Shown here: positions 1 to 6,989 of the stretch, in pieces
Layout of the letters: each line of letters opens with the position of its first letter
Numbering within the stretch: the first letter of the stretch is position 1
Assembly (NCBI GenBank): GCA_046582655.1
Contig: JAYGDX010000308.1
Location: 1-10,637, forward strand
Length of the DNA stretch: 10,637 nucleotides
Origin: Candidatus Poribacteria bacterium
GTDB taxonomy: Bacteria > Poribacteria > WGA-4E > UBA9662
Direction: 5' to 3'
Translations under genes and position numbers: made by a program
The notes under the pieces: model-generated
The model's database searches: none
Told to the model about the DNA's origin: nothing
What the model saw: only the letters and a program-made list of their open reading frames with translations

Positions 1-326
1 CGCTGCACTCCTTCCTTATCCAGTTTAACCCAGGCGACCCCGGTATATTGTTTGGAGGAACTTTCTAAACTGGCTGATGGGTTGACCAGCACATAATCAT
101 CTTCTCCATCCAGACTCAGAGCCTTATCGAATTTGCCGCCGTCGGCAATCTTGGCCCCGTTTTTAAGTTCGCCATGATTTTTATTTTCTGTAGCATCTTC
201 GGTATTGCCATCGAAGAGCCAGACAGCAACAGCCGTTTTGGGATTGATTGCACCATAACCCTGAACAGTTAGGATTAAACTCAGGATGAATAAACAAAAG
301 TGTATTAGGATCAATGGTCTCTTCAT
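1..326 (-). CDS. LamG-like jellyroll (concanavalin A-like lectin/glucanase) domain secreted protein, 5' portion; runs off the window's left edge
   Basis: Manual translation of the minus strand from ATG 326 (in-frame alternative ATG at 335) is open to the window edge: MKRPLILIHFCLFILSLILTVQGYGAINPKTAVAVWLFDGNTEDATENKNHGELKNGAKIADGGKFDKALSLDGEDDYVLVNPSASLESSSKQYTGVAWVKLDKEGVQ. It has a Sec-type signal peptide followed by LamG motifs (W.FD, D...N.NHG, GKF.KALSLDG..DYV, T..AWVK). An SD-like GGAGGG lies at 344-339. Confidence 0.9.
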   Translation of the reverse strand, partial: MKRPLILIHFCLFILSLILTVQGYGAINPKTAVAVWLFDGNTEDATENKNHGELKNGAKIADGGKFDKALSLDGEDDYVLVNPSASLESSSKQYTGVAWVKLDKEGVQ

Positions 327-420
327 GTATAACATGTTCCCTCCGATAACAATGTGTTGGATGTGTTCACCCGACGAATCTAGACTGCTTGATTTGCGTA
401 TGCTATTCTATCATGCAATT

Positions 421-450
421 ATAATATCACAATCAGGTATGTTTTCTCAA
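421..450 (-). promoter_or_regulatory. Putative sigma70-type promoter for the LamG gene
   Basis: The minus strand reads TTGAGA (450-445), 18 nt, TATTAT (426-421), with an extended -10 TG; it lies ~90 nt upstream of the start codon. Motif match only. Confidence 0.4.
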
Positions 451-718
451 CATTTTGGGTTAACTATGGAAATTATGAGGGTAAGATTGTGCGGTCCCAA
501 ATGTTAGACTACCCTCAGTAAACACTGAGTTTGCAAGCAGTGGTAATTTCGGGGTTTAGCCGTGAGTTGATGCTTATCATTTCAGGCTTTCAAGAGCATT
601 TCACTTCAAATTGGAATTTGGCAGATCGCATCAATCTAGTCCATATCTATTACTCTTGGGCTTTTCTTACCAATACTATTAAGGAATATGGAATGTAAAC
701 TAATCTGAAGAGGTATTC

Positions 719-2527
719 ATGTATACGCCGAGAGTGAGTTTGATTATTTTATTCACAATAGGTCTGATGATTGGTTACGCAGCAGAAATAGCTGAAACCA
801 AAGGCGAGGCGACGAGACATAACAATCGTGGGCTGAATTACTACAAACAAGGCAAACTAGATACTGCTATTGCCGAGTTCAAAAAAGCACTGGAAATCAA
901 CCCCGGTTTAATAGAAGCACGTAACAATCTGGGCAATGCCTATCATGATCAAGGGAACTTAACTGATGCTATTGCCGAATACCAAAAGGCCATTGAAATT
1001 AATCCCAACGACGCTGAGACACATTATAATTTGGGCAATGCCTACTATAACCAAAGGAATTTAACTGATGCTATCGCCGAATACCAAAGAGCCATTGAAA
1101 TTAATCCCAATGATGCAGAGGCACACTACAATCTGGGACACGTTTACTTGAACCAAGGGAATTTAAGCGCTGCCATTATCCAGTATCAAAAGACGTTAGA
1201 AATAAGTTATGAAGGTTCAGAGATACATCCCGATCTAAAACATTATAACCAAGGGGATTTAGCTGAAGCCATTGTCCAGTATCAAAAGGCTATTGAAACC
1301 AACCCCAGATTTGCACGTCCCCGTTTAGATCTGGCCATTATATACGCCAGACAAGGAAAGTTTGATGCAGCTATTGCTGAGTATCAAAAGGCTATTGAAA
1401 TCAACCCCAGATTTGTACGTCCCCGTTTAGATCTGGCCATTACATACGTCAGACAAGGAAAGTTTGATGCAGCTATTACTCAATATCAAAAGGTAATTGG
1501 GATCAATTCCAATAACATAGAGGCACATTATAATTTGGGAGTTATATATGGTCAGCAAGGAGAATTAGATGCCGCTGTTACTCAGTATCAAAAGGTAATT
1601 GAGATAAATCCTGACCATGAACAGGCACATTATAATCTGGGAGTTATATATGGCCAGCAAGGAGAATTAGATGCCGCTGTTACTCGGTATCAAAAGGTAA
1701 TCGAAACTGAACCCAATCATGTGCCGGCATACAATGGTCTAGCAACTATATACGGCCAAACAGGGGATTTAGACAACGCCGTTGTCCAGTACCAAAAGAT
1801 ATTAGAAATTAACGCCGAAGATCCAGACACTCGCAACAATCTAGGCAATGTTCACTATAAACAGGGCGATCTGAAATTAGCCATTGTTGAATATCGAGAA
1901 GCAATTGAGATAAGTCCTGACCATGAACAGGCGCATTATAATCTGGGAGTTATATATGGCCAGCAAGGAGAATTAGATGCCGCCGTTACCCAGTATCAAA
2001 AGACAATTGAGATAAGTCCTGACCATGAACAAGCACATTACAATCTAGGAGTTATATATGGCCAGCAAGGAGAATTAGATGCCGCCGTTGCTCAGTATCA
2101 AAAGACAATTGAGATTAATCCCAAATCTGCAGATGCCCATGTGAATTTGGGAAATGCTTTTGCGGGCAAAGGCAATCTGAAGTCAGCCGTAACCGAGTAT
2201 CAAAAGACATTAGAAATAAATCCAAACCATGTGCTGGCATATAGCGGCTTGGCCATTGCGCATGTTAGAAAAGGAGAATTAGATGCTGCCGTTACCCAGT
2301 ATCAAAAAGCGGTTGAGATTAACCCCGAGTTCGTGTGGGGACATTACTATTTAGCCATTGTTCATGCTATGAAAGGAGAGACAATGTTATCTATAAGATC
2401 TCTTTGGGCAGCAGTAAGATTAGACAAGCGCATGGCGAGGAGAGCCAAGACAGATATTGGTTTTAATCGTGTTAGAGCTGATCCAAATTTTCAGGCACTC
2501 ATAAAATCACAAGAAATAAATAAATGA
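719..2527 (+). CDS. Secreted tetratricopeptide-repeat protein (16 TPR units, no catalytic domain)
   Basis: 602-aa ORF: a 30-aa N-terminal segment containing a signal-peptide-like hydrophobic stretch, 15 units of 34 aa plus one of 32 aa with TPR consensus (AHYNLG..Y..QG.L..A...YQK.IEINP), and a 30-aa tail with D.GF..VR.DP.FQ.L, a capping motif commonly seen after bacterial TPR arrays. SD-like GAGGT at 710-714. Confidence 0.95.
   Translation: MYTPRVSLIILFTIGLMIGYAAEIAETKGEATRHNNRGLNYYKQGKLDTAIAEFKKALEINPGLIEARNNLGNAYHDQGNLTDAIAEYQKAIEINPNDAETHYNLGNAYYNQRNLTDAIAEYQRAIEINPNDAEAHYNLGHVYLNQGNLSAAIIQYQKTLEISYEGSEIHPDLKHYNQGDLAEAIVQYQKAIETNPRFARPRLDLAIIYARQGKFDAAIAEYQKAIEINPRFVRPRLDLAITYVRQGKFDAAITQYQKVIGINSNNIEAHYNLGVIYGQQGELDAAVTQYQKVIEINPDHEQAHYNLGVIYGQQGELDAAVTRYQKVIETEPNHVPAYNGLATIYGQTGDLDNAVVQYQKILEINAEDPDTRNNLGNVHYKQGDLKLAIVEYREAIEISPDHEQAHYNLGVIYGQQGELDAAVTQYQKTIEISPDHEQAHYNLGVIYGQQGELDAAVAQYQKTIEINPKSADAHVNLGNAFAGKGNLKSAVTEYQKTLEINPNHVLAYSGLAIAHVRKGELDAAVTQYQKAVEINPEFVWGHYYLAIVHAMKGETMLSIRSLWAAVRLDKRMARRAKTDIGFNRVRADPNFQALIKSQEINK
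809..2434 (+). repeat. Intragenic 102-bp tandem repeat array encoding the TPR units
   Basis: Units start at 809, 911, 1013, 1115, 1217 (96 bp), 1313, 1415, 1517, 1619, 1721, 1823, 1925, 2027, 2129, 2231 and 2333. Segments 1278-1379 vs 1380-1481 differ at 6 of 102 nt, and 1902-2003 vs 2004-2105 also differ at 6 of 102 nt (manual alignment). Confidence 0.95.
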
Positions 2528-2558
2528 ACTTCTACTGATATTGCTGACAGAGGTGTAA

Positions 2559-2875
2559 TACCAATTCTCTAATAGTTGTACATAAAGAATGTATGCTGAC
2601 ACGATGCGAAGAAACATTCCCGAGATATATGAAACTGCCAAATCCCTGGGAATCCTGATGCACGAGAAAGCAACGCGCAACGGAAACAACGTCTTCAGAT
2701 GCTGTGGATTCTGAGGGCGGGCGAGTGCCAGACACATGCCAGCAGGGAGCCGACAGTCTTGCCATGCGCCACAACAGCCTGGGGCGCTGGCTTTCCACTT
2801 ACGAGCAAGCGGATCTTAGATGCTATGCTACTGAGAATTAAAAAAGCGTTTTTCCCTGCTCGAATAAGAGTCTGA
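2559..2875 (+). mobile_element. Truncated IS630-family element A (putative left end plus 5' transposase relic)
   Basis: TA-CCAATTCTCTAATAGTTGTACATAA at 2559-2585 lies just upstream of the relic ATG. It begins with TA, the IS630 target dinucleotide, and resembles IS630-type termini as I recall them. I found no matching right end. Confidence 0.55.
2604..2875 (+). pseudogene. IS630-family transposase N-terminal (HTH) fragment, three frameshifts, no DDE domain
   Basis: Stitching frames gives MRRNIPEIYETAKSLGILMHE / SNAQRKQRLQMLWILRAGECQTH / QQGADSLAMRHNSLGRWLSTYEQADL / DAMLLRIKKA. This follows the IS630 N-terminal pattern (I.E..E.L..L...E..A..KQRLQ.L..L..G...T.QQ.A..L....N...RWL..YEQ.GL.A.L). 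Frameshifts fall near 2667, 2739 and 2818. Confidence 0.75.
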
Positions 2876-3175
2876 ATGTTTGTGCGGAGATAGCCGTACA
2901 ACTTTTGCTTATCCTGCTGATGAACAGGAGAGGTACTAGCCGTAGTAAGATTGTCAGTGTCCTTTGCGATAGCGGTGTTGAGGAACTCAAGCCCTTTATG
3001 ATGCTTGATATACCATTAGGAGTATCGGTATGTAGTTCTATGAAGAGCTTAGGTTGTATTGGTTTTACCGGATCTGATAGAGGGATGATTGTTGGAGTAA
3101 GTAGAGTGAAATGCTATGGGCGTTTAGTGGAAAGTATCGAGGGAGTATATGGAAGATGCTTTCTGATTCGACACC

Positions 3176-3548
3176 TTATGATCTTGGCCAATGATCGGCA
3201 AGCAACCTCAGGCTTCGACGCACATACCCTTCTGGAGTAGGCCACACACTAAGGCAATCAAATGGACTTCGGCTTGTCTATTCAATTTGCGGGGATATTT
3301 GTGCCGAGGTTGGTGGTTAGTTATGGCTCCTTCCAGACCAAGCTCAACAAACTTCCGGTGGGTTCTCTCTGCCGTTGACAGCCCTACGCCGAGCGCTTCT
3401 ACTATGCGATTATCAGACCAGCCTTCATCTGCTCTGAGCGAAATCTGGATCCACTTTACCAGGCACCCTCCATGTCAGCACCCCATAATCGGACTTCAAG
3501 ATTAGCACGTTCTTCTGTTGTTAAATCTACGATGTGTTTTTCATTCAA
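3176..3548 (-). pseudogene. Second, distinct IS630-family transposase N-terminal (HTH) fragment, at least two frameshifts, no DDE domain
   Basis: Minus strand has SD AAGGAGGT (3562-3555) 6 nt before TTG 3548. Stitched translation: LNEKHIVDLTTEERANLEVRL... / LVKWIQISLRADEGWSDNRIVEALGVGLSTAERTHRKFVELGLEGAITNHQPRHKYPRKLNRQAEVHLIALVCG / PTPEGYVRRSLRLLADH. This closely follows the IS630 OrfA pattern (K.IV.LT.EER..L...A.ILL.AD.GW.D..I.EAL.V...TVER.R..FVE.GLE.A...R...PRKL....EAHLIAL.C..PPEG..RW.LRLLAD). Confidence 0.9.
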
Positions 3549-3625
3549 TTTGTTACCTCCTTATTCCTCGTAGATAGCTTGCCCGCTGTTTGCTAACTTG
3601 TCAATCCACCGATGATGTACTACTA
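3176..3625 (-). mobile_element. Truncated IS630-family element B (putative left end plus 5' transposase relic)
   Basis: The minus strand from 3625 reads TAGTAGTACATCATCGGTGGATTGAC, a TA-initiated end ~75 nt upstream of the transposase start. The boundary is inferred; I found no right end. Confidence 0.55.
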
Positions 3626-3638
3626 GAACCTGAGCTCA

Positions 3639-3746
3639 TTATTTAACTACAGTTAGCCTATCATCTACCAACGCCACGACGATATCATCAACGGAACTAC
3701 GGACGATACGCCAACATAAAAAGGTCTCAAGCAGGTCAATACTCAT
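3639..3746 (-). pseudogene. Possible LexA/UmuD-like (S24 peptidase) fragment
   Basis: 35-codon frame MSIDLLETFLCWRIVRSSVDDIVVALVDDRLTVVK*. The segment DDIVVALVDDRLTVVK resembles the S24 motif GDIVVA.(V/I)DGE.TVK. The match is short and could be chance. Confidence 0.3.
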
Positions 3747-3939
3747 TTGTGTCAGGGGAAAACTAGAACCAAGCTCGTCACCGAATATTTTGGAATTTGC
3801 CCCGAAATTGTACTGGTCTGAGGCAAATAGAACAAGAACAACAGGTGGAAATGATTTATATGTTAAAATACTAGATATTATTAAGAAAATCCTCGCAACT
3901 ATCCAGATTTAGAAAGGACTCATAAAAAAGACCAATTGC

Positions 3940-6027
3940 ATGAAAGAAAACCAATTGCATAAAAAAAAATTTGCCACCTTGATCCTATGGTTGCTAACTA
4001 TTAATTTAACTTATGCTGAAGATTCAGAATTCAAAAGCGTTTCCCCACAATGGACAGATAACCCACCTAAAATTGATGGTCAACTCGACGAAACCAGTTG
4101 GCAATCAGCAACTATTATAAATGACTTCGTCCAGCATGAACCCACAGCGGGAGCTCCAACAGAACTAAAAACAAATGTCTATCTACTTTATGACAAAAAT
4201 CGGCTTTATGTAGGATTCGAATGCCATAAGTCTGATATGGATAAATTAATGACGAACGAAACGCGTCGTGATTCGCGATTCTTCCTTGATGATTACGTTG
4301 CTGTTTACTTGGATACTTATCTTGATCGTCGGAATTGTTACGGGTTTGAATTGAACGCACTAGGCACTCAAGCTGACCGAAGAGTCCAAAACGAAGGGGC
4401 AAACAGCGGTCGCAGAGGATCTGATATGGCTTGGGACTGTAATTGGGATGGTCGGGCAGCCCAAAGAGAAGACAAGTGGACCGCTGAATTTTCGATTCCG
4501 TTTGCTGAATTACGTTTTGCTAAAAAGGCTGACAGTATCTGGGGAATTAATTTTTGGAGGCAAGATAGATCAAACAGAGAAGAAATCTCCTGGTCGGACC
4601 TTAACGGCAGGGAATATGCCGTCTCACGGTTCGGTCATTTGGTAGACTTGGATGTTGAAAGCCTTAACACACGACGACCATTGAAAGTCAAACCGTATGG
4701 AACAATCATGCCCCAGAAAATAGGGGATCAAAAATTCAAAACTGAGCCAGCTGGTGGTATTGATTTTCGGTACCCGTTATCCAACTTAACTTTTGATTTT
4801 ACGCTGAACCCTGATTTCGCACAGATTGAAGCAGATCCTGATATGGTCAACCTGACAGACATTCCACTACGGTTTGCGGAAAAACGTCCTTTTTTTCAGG
4901 AAGGAAACGAAATATTCCAAACGCCAATCGAACTCTTTTATAGTCGGCGTGTTGAAGACTTGCAACAGGGGGGGAAAATGGCAGGCAAAATTGGTGATTA
5001 CAACACCGCTCTCGTCCTGGCACAGGCCGGGCCAGAAGATATGAACCGCGAAGTAGGGATGAGAGAATTGCCATTGGGTAATTATGCTTATTCAGTCTTC
5101 CGTTTGCAACGGGAGTTTGGTCGGTCAGCAACAGTTGGATTGTTAGGGGCCAATAAGCAAAATGGCAGTGACTATGATCGAACTTCTGGAATTGATGCCC
5201 GATTCGTATTACCTGAAAATTTAGAAGTGAACCTAGAATACGCCAACGAGTGGAAAACTGGATTGGATCGAAGTCAAGCTGTCTTTGCTGAACTCTCGCG
5301 AGAAGCAAACTTCTTTTCTTTTAAAGCTAAATACTTTGATGTTGGGCAGGATTTTAATCCAGAAATGGGTTTTGTACCTCGCATTGACCGCCGAGGTATT
5401 AATCTGCGCACTAGCTTGGAAAAACGTTGGAAAGGGCGAATCCAATTTCTTCGTAGCGCACCTGAATACGAGCGTTTGTACGATCATCAGGGGACATTGA
5501 CTAATCACAGATTCAAATTCGAGAATATTATCGGCATCAGTAACATGTATTTTTTCTTGAGTCCAGAGTGGTACTACCATCTAGAGGATGACGGAGAAAA
5601 ATTTACTGATCGAACACTTGATTTTTTTTATGGCTGGTTTCCACCCAAATGGATTTCTGTCCGGACAAGAAATTCTTTCGGAATACGCAAGGGGCAAGAA
5701 AGTTTTTTTGTGGGACCAGAAATCACTATCCGTCCAACAGATAAGTTTAGCTTGGAGGTTAAACAACAAAGGTTAATCGAGGATTCGGAACTGGTTGAAC
5801 TAACGACACGTATAGCACTCAATTACCAGTTTGACCAACGTATATACGCAAGAGCTAGCTTGGAGCAGACCATCGAAAAAGACAGACGTTTTTTTGTCCT
5901 CTTTGCCTATGAATATAGACCGGAAAGCAATTTCTTTATTGTCTACAACAACAACCAAACAAAAAAGGGTGAGAACGAACAAATCCTATTTGTCAAATTA
6001 GTTTACTTACAAAAGCTGTTTGGATAA
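3940..6027 (+). CDS. Carbohydrate-binding family 9-like (CBM9/DOMON-like) + DUF5916 domain envelope protein
   Basis: 695-aa ORF with a signal peptide (KKKFATLILWLLTINLTYA-E). CBM9-like motifs: PPKIDGQLDE..W, YD...LYVGF.C, DDYVAVYLDTY.D.RN.Y.F.LNALG, WTAEFSIPF.ELRF, WGINFWR. DUF5916 signature: TLNPDFAQIEAD...VNL......F.EKRPFF.EG...F......FYSRR, FNPEMGF. The C-terminal half has an amphipathic beta-strand pattern. Confidence 0.9.
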   Translation: MKENQLHKKKFATLILWLLTINLTYAEDSEFKSVSPQWTDNPPKIDGQLDETSWQSATIINDFVQHEPTAGAPTELKTNVYLLYDKNRLYVGFECHKSDMDKLMTNETRRDSRFFLDDYVAVYLDTYLDRRNCYGFELNALGTQADRRVQNEGANSGRRGSDMAWDCNWDGRAAQREDKWTAEFSIPFAELRFAKKADSIWGINFWRQDRSNREEISWSDLNGREYAVSRFGHLVDLDVESLNTRRPLKVKPYGTIMPQKIGDQKFKTEPAGGIDFRYPLSNLTFDFTLNPDFAQIEADPDMVNLTDIPLRFAEKRPFFQEGNEIFQTPIELFYSRRVEDLQQGGKMAGKIGDYNTALVLAQAGPEDMNREVGMRELPLGNYAYSVFRLQREFGRSATVGLLGANKQNGSDYDRTSGIDARFVLPENLEVNLEYANEWKTGLDRSQAVFAELSREANFFSFKAKYFDVGQDFNPEMGFVPRIDRRGINLRTSLEKRWKGRIQFLRSAPEYERLYDHQGTLTNHRFKFENIIGISNMYFFLSPEWYYHLEDDGEKFTDRTLDFFYGWFPPKWISVRTRNSFGIRKGQESFFVGPEITIRPTDKFSLEVKQQRLIEDSELVELTTRIALNYQFDQRIYARASLEQTIEKDRRFFVLFAYEYRPESNFFIVYNNNQTKKGENEQILFVKLVYLQKLFG

Positions 6028-6110
6028 ATGCTACTGATCCTAAACTTTAGTTGTTGAAGCAGAGATTATGTCGATAACTCCATTTTATCGTGATAAATTA
6101 AGATAAGGAT

Positions 6111-6989
6111 TTGAGGATGAGATACAGAGTAATCTGGCTAATTGGAGTTGCGCTAACCAGTCTTGTGTTGATTTATTTTCAGAACCAAACCAAACAACTG
6201 GCAAATAGGTATGAACAACAAATTTATTCCTCTCCTCCCATCGAGTTGCCTTACAAATGGGTTGGTAATATCTTCCAACTTCAAGGCAATGAACCATCAG
6301 GAATCACCTATCATCCGTTGCGAAAAACTCTATTCATCGTTAGCGATGAAGGAAACCTGTATGAGCTTCGAACTGATGGATCATTGATTCGTGAAAAGTT
6401 TATTGAACAGGCAGATCTGGAAGGAATCACCGTGAATCCTATAACCGGATTTCTCTATGCAGTAGTTGAAGGTGAGGACGCGATTATTGAGATTGATCCA
6501 TCATCTTTTAAATTGACTCGGAAATTCCCTATCAAACGCAACTTTGAAGGACGAGAATTACTTAAAAAAGGAGGCATGGGATTAGAGGCAATTGCTTTTA
6601 TTTCTGACCCTTTTCACCCTGAGGGAGGAGTTTTTTGGATTGGTAATCAGTCGTTCAGTTTGAAACCCAAACGAGAACCGTCAGTTGTCTGTGAAGTTGC
6701 GATTCCACTAAATTCAACAGGTATGAAGGAGGAAGGCGAAATTATCGGTTTTTTCCCATTAAAGATTATTGACATTTCAGGACTTGATTATGATGCTGCA
6801 CGTCAATGCCTTATCGTAATAAGCGACACAACAAATCTTTTAGTGGAGATTAACCTAGATGGAAACGTTCTTCATCAGTACTTACTTCCCGGAAGTGACC
6901 AAGAAGGAATTGCATTAGACGGCATGGGATTTGCCTACATTGCGCAGGAAAACGGAAAAATTATCAAAATTGAAGATCTCCGAAATTAA
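6111..6989 (+). CDS. YjiK / SdiA-regulated family beta-propeller protein with N-terminal membrane anchor
   Basis: 292-aa ORF (TTG 6111; the ATG at 6117 is an equally plausible start). It has an N-terminal hydrophobic helix and repeated blade motifs EPSGITY, DLEGITV, GLEAIAF, DISGLDY and DQEGIAL. Confidence 0.85.
   Translation: MRMRYRVIWLIGVALTSLVLIYFQNQTKQLANRYEQQIYSSPPIELPYKWVGNIFQLQGNEPSGITYHPLRKTLFIVSDEGNLYELRTDGSLIREKFIEQADLEGITVNPITGFLYAVVEGEDAIIEIDPSSFKLTRKFPIKRNFEGRELLKKGGMGLEAIAFISDPFHPEGGVFWIGNQSFSLKPKREPSVVCEVAIPLNSTGMKEEGEIIGFFPLKIIDISGLDYDAARQCLIVISDTTNLLVEINLDGNVLHQYLLPGSDQEGIALDGMGFAYIAQENGKIIKIEDLRN

Noticed and set aside
286..507. 73-aa plus-strand ORF
   Set aside because: It overlaps the start and promoter of the real minus-strand LamG gene and has no recognisable motif.
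1517..2128. Near-identical repeats as a DGR template/variable pair or a CRISPR array
   Set aside because: The repeats are in-frame 102-bp TPR units with no spacers, the differences are not adenine-specific, and the window has no reverse transcriptase or cas gene.
2507..2901. Three overlapping minus-strand ORFs (76, 88 and 68 aa)
   Set aside because: They are antisense shadows of the plus-strand IS630 relic.
2905..3240. 111-aa plus-strand ORF
   Set aside because: It has a TTG start without an SD and no motif, spans the putative MITE and runs antisense into the second IS relic.
3191..3505. 104-aa plus-strand ORF
   Set aside because: It is the antisense frame of the minus-strand IS630 transposase relic.
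3795..3828. ATTTGCC...GGCAAAT inverted repeat as a terminator
   Set aside because: It has 7-bp arms around a 20-nt poorly paired interior and no U-tract; this is not distinguishable from chance.
4968..4974. G7 run (and T8 at 5622-5629) as phase-variation tracts
   Set aside because: Both are short and in frame, and are explained by the encoded residues (Gln-Gly-Gly of the conserved GGK motif; Asp-Phe-Phe-Tyr).
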